NCBI GenBank assembly: GCA_963668025.2
Contig: CAXXTH010000010.1
Coordinates: 1,088,001-1,152,000 of the forward strand
DNA from: Candidatus Hydrogenedentota bacterium
GTDB taxonomy: Bacteria; Hydrogenedentota; Hydrogenedentia; Hydrogenedentales; SLHB01
Direction: 5' to 3'
DNA: 64,000 nucleotides
Shown: positions 28,988 through 38,745 of the stretch, piece by piece
How positions within the stretch are numbered: position 1 is the stretch's first letter
How the letters are laid out: each line of letters starts with the position of its first letter
The notes under the pieces: generated by a model
What the model was told of the DNA's origin: nothing
Databases searched by the model: none
Seen by the model: the letters and a program-made list of their open reading frames with translations, nothing else
Made by a program: the position numbers and the translations under genes

Positions 28988-30382
28988 CTAGAAGCTGAAG
29001 TAGAACCGCGTCGCGAACAAATCGATGCTGCCATGCGACAACCCATGCTCGATGTCCGCATGGATATAATTGAACATGATGCGGGTGTTCGGATTCAGGT
29101 ACCAATTCAGGCCTGCCGTGTAGTTTGTCTCTTCACCGCCCCACACCCCCGTGTCTTCCAGATCCACATACGAATAGCGCAACGCCAGCTCCCACGCGCC
29201 CATCCCTCCGTCTTTCATGCTGAAATTCTGGCTGGGCTTCGGGTTTTTGAATACGCCTTCTTTATATCCGCGATGCTCGCCCGTGATGAACCAGCTCGCC
29301 ATCACATAATAGCCGCCCAGGTTCACCGTGCCGGCATCCATCGTTTCGGTTTCAACGTAGGTGTATTCGCCCTGCAGCGAGAACGGCCCATAGACCAGCG
29401 CGGCTTCCACGTTATACATATTAATGGTGTCCGCCCAGAAATCGCGGTTTACAGTGTCGATAAGCGGATTGCGCGTATCGACATATCGGTATGCCGTGCC
29501 ATGGTATTCGGGACAGGTCTGAAAGCGATCACGGCCATCGGGATTCTGGAAAGTATAGCCTAAGCCCAAATGCAATAATTGTTCGCCGTTGTTTGCATAC
29601 CAGGGCGCACCCGCGACACGGGCTGCGGCATCCCAGCCGGTATCTTCGTCAAACTGCTCGCCGAACCTGCTCGAATCGTGCTTATATAGCGACACCGCCC
29701 AGCTCAAACGTTCTTCGAACAGGGAGTTGAACACCATCACGCCAGTTTGTCGATCCGGAGTGAACGCATCCGTCGGAAGCGCGACCTCTAGCAAATTCGA
29801 ATCGCTTAACCGATCTAGGCTAAACGGCTGAAAATATTTGCCTATCCGCAATCTAACATACGGGATATCCCTAAATTCGAGATAGAAATCTTTAAATTTC
29901 GCCAGACCGTCATTCGCGAAGTCATACAGCCATTTGAAATCGATGCTGTCGTACAGTGAACCCTCCAAATACACACGAGCGCGGCGGAATTCCACGCCAT
30001 CTTGGATATCGCCGCGCCACCAGGTGGAATTGCGCCCCTGGCTGGCCCAAAAAGAATCTAGCGCAACACTGCCGCCAAGCCGCAGTTTCACGGAACCGTC
30101 CGCCGTCTCGAAGCGGAGGCTGTCCTTCCAGAACACACTAAAGTCGTTGCCGTCCGGCTCAGCTTTGGCCAGTTTCTCCTCGAGCAGCGCGAGACGGTTT
30201 TCGAGCTGGGGAGAAGTTGTGCGCTGCTGTCCCACCTTAGCCTCGAGTGCTTCGACACGCGCTTTCAAGGACTCGATGGCCGCAAGGAGTTCTTTTTCGG
30301 TTGCCGGAACGTCCTGCTGGGCAAACGCGCCCGAGCCAGCCAAGAACACACTCAGAAGCGCTCCCCCTATGCTCTTCTTCAT
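28988..30382 (-). CDS. OprO/OprP-family phosphate-selective porin with N-terminal coiled coil
   Basis: Signal peptide, coiled coil, FRRARVYLEG, GYYVMASWFITGEHR, WELALRYS, GLNWYLNPNTRIMFNY, C-terminal F. Confidence 0.88.
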   Translation of the reverse strand: MKKSIGGALLSVFLAGSGAFAQQDVPATEKELLAAIESLKARVEALEAKVGQQRTTSPQLENRLALLEEKLAKAEPDGNDFSVFWKDSLRFETADGSVKLRLGGSVALDSFWASQGRNSTWWRGDIQDGVEFRRARVYLEGSLYDSIDFKWLYDFANDGLAKFKDFYLEFRDIPYVRLRIGKYFQPFSLDRLSDSNLLEVALPTDAFTPDRQTGVMVFNSLFEERLSWAVSLYKHDSSRFGEQFDEDTGWDAAARVAGAPWYANNGEQLLHLGLGYTFQNPDGRDRFQTCPEYHGTAYRYVDTRNPLIDTVNRDFWADTINMYNVEAALVYGPFSLQGEYTYVETETMDAGTVNLGGYYVMASWFITGEHRGYKEGVFKNPKPSQNFSMKDGGMGAWELALRYSYVDLEDTGVWGGEETNYTAGLNWYLNPNTRIMFNYIHADIEHGLSHGSIDLFATRFYFSF

Positions 30383-30657
30383 CCTTGCTCCCCCTCGACG
30401 CCCCCAACGTTTCCAGCTTCTCTTACGAAACAGATTATAGATGATTAAGCTGAAAAAAACTCGTTTTTGGCGGGGCAGCTTTTGGGGTGGCTGGATGGAT
30501 GGTTGATGCCAGCCTTCCTGGCGGTCTCGGCTGTAAGGAGATCCTCATGATGGCTTTTCGAACGGATGTATTTGGGAATCGATTCGTGTTATGCGATTAA
30601 CGTTAGGACAGCAGTCTTGACTCACATGGAATTTGCATAATATGAAATACAAATGAA

Positions 30658-33600
30658 TCAAGGTTCCTGTTCTTCGAGATATTTCAAATATTCCGGGAAA
30701 CCGATTTCTGCGAGACGGTTAACAATACTTTTGAGATTTTCTCGTGAAATGCCACCTTTCTTTAGCTTTTGGATAAGGTCGTTAATTTTCGCAGGAATAG
30801 ACAGTCTTCTCTCATTATTTGGAGTCTTTAAGAGATGGTTAATCAGTAAAGCCACGCTGTTGGCATGCGTCTCGCTAAGCTCGGACTTCGCAAAATCATG
30901 AATCACTCGTCCTATTCTCAAGGATATGGTAGGTGCTTTTAGTAAAACATCGACGGCATCGTCAAACACGAGAGGTAACGAAGGCAGCCAAGCAAGCATG
31001 TAACCATACTCGTCTGACGTTAGGGGCACGGGTGAACCCATTACTCGTTGTTGGCAGTATTTTTTAAGCCAGGAATTCCAGATTATCTTGGTTTTTGCTT
31101 CGCCCAGCCGAGGCAAATGCGTCGCAATGCTTTTCGCCATTTTTTCATGGAAGCTTTTCGGTCTTTTTTCGATGAAATCCCATAACCAATCTTCCAATGG
31201 ATTTAAAAGAAAATACAGCGAAATAAAGGCAATATGGTCCGAGAAGGATTCGATTCGCCAAGGTTGATTATCCGAAATATTGCTAATGGCCTCTTTATAT
31301 AATGGTCGCATTTGGTCAAAGATATCTAGTGATATCTGCCCAACATGAAGAAATCCATCCCACACTCGGTTGGCTTCTTCGCGATCTCGGTTAAAATCCA
31401 TCAAAGGTAAGAGATGCTCTATGGTCCATTCTCTATCGAGTGCGACGAACACATGTAGATATCCTGCAAGAATCACGCGCGCCATCGCCGTTTGTTCATT
31501 TCGCGCAACAAGCATTTTCACAAAAGCACCACGAAACTCTTCAGGAAACCGAAGTTCTGGATTTTCCGACGGGTAAGTTGTGCTTTTAAGCAAAGCATTA
31601 ATCCAGAATTCGGCAAGTAGTCCACCTGGCGTATTTATGGCTGTATTGAGCCAACTGCGGTTGGTTTCGACAGCACTGATCTCTTTCCCGTCATCGCAAT
31701 AGATATGAGCACTCACGATATGGCCAAATTCCAATGCCTCATTCTTTATTTGGGCAAAGTCTACTCGTTCCAGATGCGTTGATTTCTCTAGCAATTGCGT
31801 TGTCTCACGATTACTAATGGCGATGCTAGGGGCATTGTGTAGAATGGAGAAAATATTTTTATATTGGTTTGATGTAAGCTCAATGTGACTCCATCCAAGT
31901 ATAACAGATTCCCATATGTCAGATCTCAACATTTTGGTTTTGATAAATTCATTAACGAGCTCAATTGACCAATTATAGTGTTCTGTTATGCAAGTACATA
32001 ATACTCCTAAAAGTGATGTTCTCGTAGACCATGGCTCTTCTGTAGGCTCAAAGCTGATAAGATAGTTGATCAATTCTGATATAGGCATAGTGGCCAATTC
32101 TTCTTTTGAAATGGGTGGTACAGGAGAAGTCATGTCGGTTTCAATCCAGTATAATAAATCGGGATGCTTTGGAGTTTTCAGGTTTGGATTTACCAATAAA
32201 AGCTCATTTTTTAGCTGTTGTGCAAACACGCAATCTTTTTTCTTACTCAATAGCCAATAAACCCATCTGAATAAGTCTTGACCTAGGTATTCTGGTTCCT
32301 CGCTTAAATTGGTATAATGAAGCTTGAGATATTTCAAGAAGGTGTTTCGTGCGAAATCAGCAGATTGTGTATATGCATCTGCTGCAAGCATAAATACTTC
32401 ATGATGTAGAGTATGTTCTTTAGCTAGGTCATACTCTTCAATAAAAGCAAGCTTTGATTCTGCTGTTTTACTAGCTTGCTTGTTTATGCCGTGGATTGCT
32501 AGTCGGCGTAAAAGTGTAATTGGAGACTTAAACCATTGGTTAATCCAAAATTGTGCAGAAGCATCATCATTTTCTAGCAACCATTCAACAGTATTTCTTA
32601 AGATGCTAATAATGACATTCCATACTGTTTTATAACCTGCTCTTTCCTCTGTATACTCAATTCTAAGCCGAGAAGCAATACCAATGTCAAAATCGGTAGC
32701 ATAACTATTAGTAATATGTTTAAGTCTATACGTATTAATAAGTGCTTCTGTAAATATAGTTAGAACATCATAACTATATATATCTAGATTCTTGCAAAGA
32801 ACCTCATCCCAGATTTTATCTAGTTTATAAGCACTAACTGTAGATATGGCAGATTCTAAGCTAATGTGACGCAAGACGACTAGAACTAATTCTGGAGAAT
32901 GTTTTAGTCTGGGTATAGTCGCCGCCCAATTATCTGCGGTATTGTCGTCGTTCTCTTTTCCTTTCATTATAAGTAAAGGGATCCATTGATTGTAAACCAG
33001 TTCATTTTTACATTGACTAAGAGACAATTCTAAACACAAACGCCTGACAAACCAAGAGTTAAGAAAAGCTGTGTGAGAAGTGCATACATCAAGTGCTTCT
33101 GGATTACCTTCTAGTATAAATATGTAGATAAACCATTCTAAAAGCATTCTAGAGCATAAGTTTAGATCTGAATTATAGAATATTGCTTTGAAAGGTGTCT
33201 TCTCTTTAGCCCATCTCAGCCAACAAGTGTGTCTGGCATATTTGATGAAAAACTGGACTTGGTCTATGCATGTCAGGGCATGCGTGAGGTAATCATCTTC
33301 TTTTGGATTAAGCACCGGTGCAGGTAGTGGTGCGGAGTCGTTTTCCACCAAATCACGTATTCGAGTTTTGTGATCACTAGGACTGAATGAAGTTATTCGT
33401 GCCCATTCTGAAATTGCTTCGTCAAGCGCTTTGTGGTCCTTCTTCGTCCTTGAGGGGTACTGTAAAGGCGTGATTCCTCTATATTCCCAATCGGCTAACT
33501 TGTCCGAGGACGGCACTAGTGCATATCGTCCCTCTTCCACGGGAAGCGCCCTGGCAAGGTAATCCATGATTGGGTCGTTGTGACTGTAGCCAACAAATAA

Positions 33601-34200
33601 AACCTTGTATTTGCTGAACATAGGAACCAGGAAACGGCAAGCCCAGCCGTTAACAACATAGGCTGACCCGAAGTCCTTGTCCGTAAGCACAAAGAAGGGT
33701 TCTTGTTCTGGCGGCCAATGCAATCTCCCATGCAGATAGACCAGTCCGGAGAAGCTATCGCCCAAGGGAAGAGCCGGGCCGATGTAGGTCGGGAATTCCT
33801 TGCCGGATACCTCTAATTCTTTGCCGAATACCGCCTGTATCGCTCCAGTGAAGTGTAGATCGAAATTGGTGGTTACGATGCGGATTTCAGATGGTTTTCT
33901 GAACAGTTTCACAAGATTCTTGTGTAGATCTGTTGGTCTCGAATCTTTGTTGCCAATAATATCTTGAGTCAATTGCCGGATTCTGCATTTACAGTCCGCA
34001 AGTCTCCCCAGAAATCTGTCAATCGGCTCGTTTTTCGATCTTGCATTCGGATAGGCAATCTGCTTGGCAAGATCTTCGAAGCTGGGTAGATTTGACGGTT
34101 CGCCCATGGACACGCCTGCGCCGGCAAACACCACGAGGTTTCCGTCGCTCTGGGCGTCCAGTAGTTCTTGTGGGATGTCCACTTCACCTGTAAAGTGCAT
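30658..34200 (-). CDS. SIR2-domain (SIR2_2 + long helical C-terminus, DUF4020-like) Dsr1-like anti-phage NADase
   Basis: VDIPQELLDAQSDGNLVVFAGAGVS, IVTTNFD, YLHG, LFVGYSHND; 1180 aa; stand-alone and lower GC than flanks. Confidence 0.8.
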   Translation of the reverse strand: MHFTGEVDIPQELLDAQSDGNLVVFAGAGVSMGEPSNLPSFEDLAKQIAYPNARSKNEPIDRFLGRLADCKCRIRQLTQDIIGNKDSRPTDLHKNLVKLFRKPSEIRIVTTNFDLHFTGAIQAVFGKELEVSGKEFPTYIGPALPLGDSFSGLVYLHGRLHWPPEQEPFFVLTDKDFGSAYVVNGWACRFLVPMFSKYKVLFVGYSHNDPIMDYLARALPVEEGRYALVPSSDKLADWEYRGITPLQYPSRTKKDHKALDEAISEWARITSFSPSDHKTRIRDLVENDSAPLPAPVLNPKEDDYLTHALTCIDQVQFFIKYARHTCWLRWAKEKTPFKAIFYNSDLNLCSRMLLEWFIYIFILEGNPEALDVCTSHTAFLNSWFVRRLCLELSLSQCKNELVYNQWIPLLIMKGKENDDNTADNWAATIPRLKHSPELVLVVLRHISLESAISTVSAYKLDKIWDEVLCKNLDIYSYDVLTIFTEALINTYRLKHITNSYATDFDIGIASRLRIEYTEERAGYKTVWNVIISILRNTVEWLLENDDASAQFWINQWFKSPITLLRRLAIHGINKQASKTAESKLAFIEEYDLAKEHTLHHEVFMLAADAYTQSADFARNTFLKYLKLHYTNLSEEPEYLGQDLFRWVYWLLSKKKDCVFAQQLKNELLLVNPNLKTPKHPDLLYWIETDMTSPVPPISKEELATMPISELINYLISFEPTEEPWSTRTSLLGVLCTCITEHYNWSIELVNEFIKTKMLRSDIWESVILGWSHIELTSNQYKNIFSILHNAPSIAISNRETTQLLEKSTHLERVDFAQIKNEALEFGHIVSAHIYCDDGKEISAVETNRSWLNTAINTPGGLLAEFWINALLKSTTYPSENPELRFPEEFRGAFVKMLVARNEQTAMARVILAGYLHVFVALDREWTIEHLLPLMDFNRDREEANRVWDGFLHVGQISLDIFDQMRPLYKEAISNISDNQPWRIESFSDHIAFISLYFLLNPLEDWLWDFIEKRPKSFHEKMAKSIATHLPRLGEAKTKIIWNSWLKKYCQQRVMGSPVPLTSDEYGYMLAWLPSLPLVFDDAVDVLLKAPTISLRIGRVIHDFAKSELSETHANSVALLINHLLKTPNNERRLSIPAKINDLIQKLKKGGISRENLKSIVNRLAEIGFPEYLKYLEEQEP

Positions 34201-34400
34201 GGAAGAACCTCCATTTATTTTCTACGTGCTAGGAATACCCTACAAGAATAGGCATGTAAAAACAATCCAGTCTGGTTTGTGGAAAATGGATTTGGCCTAG
34301 GAACCGCCGCTAGAGCGATTCAATGTTGCGCGCAAAAGGCAGGATGAAATTCTGCCCTTCTCGGCAGAAGAACACTCTCATTCCAAAAACAAAGCCTTCT

Positions 34401-34448
34401 GTAGCATGGGCGTCCCGCCCATGCGCATGGCCGGGACGGCCATGCTAC
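34401..34448. repeat. REPIN-like doublet of inverted GTAG-REP hairpins
   Basis: GTAGCATGGGCGTCCCGCCCATG-CG-CATGGCCGGGACGGCCATGCTAC. Confidence 0.8.
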
Positions 34449-34501
34449 GGGAGGGAGAAAGCCGTTCGTTTTGCTGCATCCAGTCCTGAGCCGGTGTAGC
34501 A

Positions 34502-34551
34502 TTGACAAGCAGGTTGAGGGCGTGTAGATTAGAGTAAGGAAAGCGCTTACA
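34502..34551 (+). promoter_or_regulatory. Sigma70 promoter (TTGACA-17-TAGATT) followed by LacI-type operator GGAAAGCGCTTACA
   Basis: Canonical spacing; near-palindrome with AAGCGCTT core at 34538-34551, just downstream of the -10 box. Confidence 0.7.
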
Positions 34552-34610
34552 TTTGCGTCTTTATCGAAATCATCGGGCATATGATTCAACTTGAGGGAGT
34601 CTTGACGCAT

Positions 34611-36923
34611 ATGGAATCACGTATCGTTGCGGTGCGGTGGATGGTGTTGGCGGTGGCGGCGGCGTTGCTGGTGGGCGTGGGCGTGGGGGCGGCCTCGGCG
34701 GCGGATGCACAGGAGATTCCGGGTCCCGTGTCTTCGGTGCAGATGCACTTGGGCAGGCCTGCGTTTTTCGTCGATGGCCAGCCGTTCACGCGGCCCTTGT
34801 TTTCGACCTACCAGCCAAAGAAAGAGCTGTTCGCCCAGATGGCGAAGGCGGGATTCACGGCGTATAACTTCGAGGTTCCGCTCACGGCGATGTGGACGGG
34901 GCCGGACCAGTTTGATTTCGCTGCTCTCGACACGTGCGCGCGGAACATCCTCGAGGCCTGCCCGGGCGCGTTGATCATGCCCCGCATTTATCTGCAAGCT
35001 CCGGAATGGTGGAAGGATCAGCATCCGGAGGAGCTGATGATCCTGGACCATGGCGGCGCGAAGATTGTCGAGCCGTTCAAGGCGGGCGTGGCCAAGCCGG
35101 GGCAATGCTTCGAGTCCATCGCTTCGGCCCGCTGGCGCGAAGAGGGCGGTGCGGCGCTGGCGAAGGCCATCGAGCACATCCAAGCTTCCGACTGGGCGGA
35201 CCGGATCTTTGCGTACGAGTTTTCGGGATTGGCGACCGAGGAATGGTATTACTTCACCGTCAACCAAGAGCATAACCTCGGCGACTATAGTGAGCACATG
35301 CGCCGGGCCTTCGCCCAATGGCTCGAAACGAAGTATGGCGCGCCCGAGGCCTTGGCGGCCGCGTGGGGCAAGCCGGGGCTCGATTTCCCGTCGGTGGCTA
35401 TTCCCAGCCGGGAGGAGCGCATCGCGGACCGGGACAAGACCTTCCGCGACCCCGCCACGCAGATGAACGTCATCGATTTCTACCTGTTTTACAATGACAT
35501 GGTCCCTGATACGATTGGCTATTTCGCCCACGTGATCAAAACCGCCAGCAAGGGGACAAAGGCGGTTGGCACGTATTACTCGTATCTATACGAGTTTCGC
35601 GGCAATCCTGAGTTTGGCCACAACGCCACGCACGCCTTGCTCGAATGCCCGGACATCGATTTTATCTGCGCCCCGCCGGACTATCTCGACCGCAAGCCCG
35701 GCGGCTTCGAGGGCTACCGGCGTCCCTACCTGTCGGGCACGCTCAATGGGAAGCTGTGGTTCCACGACAATGATTCCGTGTCGTTCCGCATCCGGGAGGT
35801 GATGGCGCAGCACCATTTCGATGAAAACGGCCTGAAAGAGATGGAGATGTACCATCCCGAAGGCGGCGCGACCGCGCAGGCCTCGATATGGGATTACCAG
35901 CGTTCGGCGGGCTTTGTCCTGCATGAAGGCATCTACCAAGGCATGTTTGATTTGCACGGCGGCTATTACGACCATCCGCAGTTGATTCAAGGCATCCGGC
36001 CCATTCTCGATTTGCTCGACCGCGCGAAGGATACCGAACAAACCTCCGTAGCCCAGATCCTCGTCGTGGCCGACGAGGCCTCGTGCTCGTATATGGGCTT
36101 CCAGATCGACCGGGGCGATGACCCCTGGAACAGCGGCCTCGGGGCGGACTTGGCGCAATTCCAGCCCGGTTTCCTCCGTTGCGGCGCGCCATTCGACTCC
36201 GTGTTGCTCGAAGACCTTTCCAAGACCCCCGTGGAGCCGTATAAGCTCATCGTATTCTTGAACACATTCCATATGGATGACGCGGCGCGGGAGTTCGTAA
36301 ACACCCGTCTCAAGAAAGACGGCCGGAGCTTGCTCTGGATATACGCCCCGGGATTGTTCAATGGGAACGGCAGTTCCGTCGAAGCCATGCAGCAGCTTGT
36401 GGGGATGCAGGCCGCGCCCTCGGCGGACGAGTCCTTCGTCCCCGCCCAATTTGAATTGACCCCGGAAGGCAGCCAATGGATGTCCGCCCAGCAGGTGGAA
36501 CCGACAACGGGAGCCATCGGCTCCGTGGCGAAGAATCGGAAAGTGTTTGCTGTCGAAGATGCGTCCACCGAGGTTTTAGGAAAACAGCTTGCCTCGAATA
36601 CGGCCGCGTTTGCCCGGAAGGACATGGGGGAGTGGACCTCGTATTATGCCATCACCCCCGTATTTTCGCCAGAAATCGTGCGCGCCCTGGCGAAGGCCTC
36701 GGGTGTGCATGTTTATTCGGAGGCCAATGATGCGTTATATGTAAACAAGAGCTATATCACCGTGCATGCGGCGGCGGAAGGCAGCCGTACGCTCACGCTG
36801 CCGCAGGCTTCGGACATTTCGGACGCTTTCACGGGCGAGTTGCTATACGAGCGCGCCTCTGTGTTGAATCTTTCCCTTATGCGAGGCCAAACCGTGGTGT
36901 TGCGTTATACCGCCGCCAAATAG
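34611..36923 (+). CDS. Secreted GH42-like (clan GH-A) beta-galactosidase-type hydrolase
   Basis: Signal peptide; TEEW acid/base-like motif, YGAPEALAAAWG, trimerisation-like domain (YKLIVFLN, LLWIYAPG), ALAKASGVHVY. Confidence 0.7.
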   Translation: MESRIVAVRWMVLAVAAALLVGVGVGAASAADAQEIPGPVSSVQMHLGRPAFFVDGQPFTRPLFSTYQPKKELFAQMAKAGFTAYNFEVPLTAMWTGPDQFDFAALDTCARNILEACPGALIMPRIYLQAPEWWKDQHPEELMILDHGGAKIVEPFKAGVAKPGQCFESIASARWREEGGAALAKAIEHIQASDWADRIFAYEFSGLATEEWYYFTVNQEHNLGDYSEHMRRAFAQWLETKYGAPEALAAAWGKPGLDFPSVAIPSREERIADRDKTFRDPATQMNVIDFYLFYNDMVPDTIGYFAHVIKTASKGTKAVGTYYSYLYEFRGNPEFGHNATHALLECPDIDFICAPPDYLDRKPGGFEGYRRPYLSGTLNGKLWFHDNDSVSFRIREVMAQHHFDENGLKEMEMYHPEGGATAQASIWDYQRSAGFVLHEGIYQGMFDLHGGYYDHPQLIQGIRPILDLLDRAKDTEQTSVAQILVVADEASCSYMGFQIDRGDDPWNSGLGADLAQFQPGFLRCGAPFDSVLLEDLSKTPVEPYKLIVFLNTFHMDDAAREFVNTRLKKDGRSLLWIYAPGLFNGNGSSVEAMQQLVGMQAAPSADESFVPAQFELTPEGSQWMSAQQVEPTTGAIGSVAKNRKVFAVEDASTEVLGKQLASNTAAFARKDMGEWTSYYAITPVFSPEIVRALAKASGVHVYSEANDALYVNKSYITVHAAAEGSRTLTLPQASDISDAFTGELLYERASVLNLSLMRGQTVVLRYTAAK

Positions 36924-37080
36924 CCGGATTTTAAGACCACTAAATACACTAAATACAATAATATAGTAAGTGGAATTTTTTGTGACTCCGGTCACGCTGT
37001 TATTAATCGCCCATCAATATCATTTATGTATTCAAATATCTTCATATTTTTGATGGTTGTAGGGTGGGGCTTGCCCCACC
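36924..37080. repeat. Partial copy of modular intergenic repeat (CCGGATTTT.AGACCAC + CACTAAATA tandem + GTAG-REP type 2)
   Basis: Shares its left end and GTAGGGTGGGGCTTGCCCCACC (37059-37080) with 57007-57071. Confidence 0.75.
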
Positions 37081-37719
37081 GTTCCGGGAGGAGCCCAGGA
37101 AAATATCCGGCAAGGATTGTAAGACGTAACAAGCAGATATACTTTGGTCTACACGGGAAATGTTCGCGAAGTAAAATTTGGCTGTTAGTAGCACAGCGTG
37201 CAAGGGGTGACTTTTTACTCTTATATTACGTATTTGTTTAATATATTAGGAATATTATATATATACTAAATGCTTATTTATTGGCGGCACAGGCGAAGCG
37301 TGCCGCTGTGAAAAGAATGTATATTTCCCTGCCCACGAATGCTTCATTTTTTAGCATATTTCCCCTCTTTTGTAATTTAATGACCAGGTCAAAAGTCTCC
37401 GCTTCAGCTCCTTTCATTTGAAATATGTACTTGAGTTATCGCATGTCGTGTTGGCTCCAGATAGTATTTTTTCGTACATTATTTGTTTTTATAGTTATTA
37501 GCGCAAGGTTTGCAATGGGTTTCTTGACGCTCAGGAAATAACATGGTAAGATATACATGTCTTTTGTCACGTATGTGGCCAAGGGGAATACCGATTCAAG
37601 GCATTGTGTTTTGCTTTACGAATGCACGCGTGTTGGGGAAGTGTCAGGTTTGCGTGTGCATGCCAAGCGTGTATTGGTTGCAAGTAAAACAAAAGTAGTC
37701 GCAATGAAGGGGAGAGTAT

Positions 37720-38745
37720 ATGGCCCAAATACCCGAATGCCCTAGAAGGCATTTCTCGGGTGGCGGATGGAGGCGGGGCGAACTGCAAGCGCCGCTGTCG
37801 ATTCGTCCGTCCATGCCGGGAATATCGCACGTAATCGCAGCAAGTCTCACCAGTATACTGTTTTTGCTTCCCACCTTATTCGCGCATGCCGCTGATGCGG
37901 ACCCCGCTATAACAGTCACCAAGCAGCTCGCTAGCGTGGAAAAACCATTGCTGTCTGGCGCGTATGCAGCGTCAAAAGGGGTCTCTAAAATAGAGGTCAT
38001 GGTGGACAACCAAGCCTATTCGGCTCAAACCCCTGCTCCTGGCGTATGGATTGTCATAGTCGAAAATGCAATAAAGCCGGGGATTTATGATGTGTCCGCC
38101 CGTGTGACGGACCAGGCTGGCGGCACGGCGATGGACAATACGGTGGGAGAACTCACGATTGACGCCTCCGGGCCGCAGGTGGTTGTTAATAAACTGGTGG
38201 CCAGCGATTCCACTCCCGAATTGTCGGGAACGCTCAATGATTCATCAGGAGTGCGTGAAGCCACGGTCAAGGTGGGCGCCGAAACCATTTCCGCTGAAAT
38301 CTCGGGCATGATATGGAAAGCGCAGCTCAAAAAATCGTTGAAACCGGGCGTATATGATGTCGCGGTTGAAGCGAAAGATGCGTTAGGCAACACGCAGTCC
38401 GATGAGACCAAAGATGAATTGGTGATTGATGGCGCTGCGCCAGTTATTACCGTCGATCCCATTCAAACGCCAGAGCCATCGCCAGCGCTGGGGGGCGCTG
38501 TTCAAGATGACCATGGCATAACGTCGGTGGAGATACAGATAGAAGGGAAACACTATACTGCGACATATGATGGAAAAGGCCGCTGGTCGCTTCCGGGAGG
38601 AACCATCGACCCTGGGCTGGCGGAAGGCGTCTATGACGTTCAGTCGACAGCCAAAGATGAGGCATGTAACACATCCACTGATACCACAACGGATGAATTG
38701 ACTATCAAAGTAGTTACTGGGTCCAACGAGGAGGACAAGTCATGA
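37720..38745 (+). CDS. Secreted protein of three bacterial Ig-like domains
   Basis: Hydrophobic signal segment; repeats P.LSG..D..G....V.....W......L..GVYDV...A.D..GN...D.T.DEL.ID, same type as in the adjacent giant protein. Start uncertain (37813 possible). Confidence 0.8.
   Translation: MAQIPECPRRHFSGGGWRRGELQAPLSIRPSMPGISHVIAASLTSILFLLPTLFAHAADADPAITVTKQLASVEKPLLSGAYAASKGVSKIEVMVDNQAYSAQTPAPGVWIVIVENAIKPGIYDVSARVTDQAGGTAMDNTVGELTIDASGPQVVVNKLVASDSTPELSGTLNDSSGVREATVKVGAETISAEISGMIWKAQLKKSLKPGVYDVAVEAKDALGNTQSDETKDELVIDGAAPVITVDPIQTPEPSPALGGAVQDDHGITSVEIQIEGKHYTATYDGKGRWSLPGGTIDPGLAEGVYDVQSTAKDEACNTSTDTTTDELTIKVVTGSNEEDKS

Noticed and set aside
28875-29105. 127-aa version of the small minus-strand ORF
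   Set aside because: Overlaps the porin 3' end; the best RBS is in front of ATG 28874.
36960-37720. AT-rich intergenic region as ncRNA or small ORFs
   Set aside because: No recognisable riboswitch, tRNA or convincing ORF; most simply the promoter region of the surface operon.
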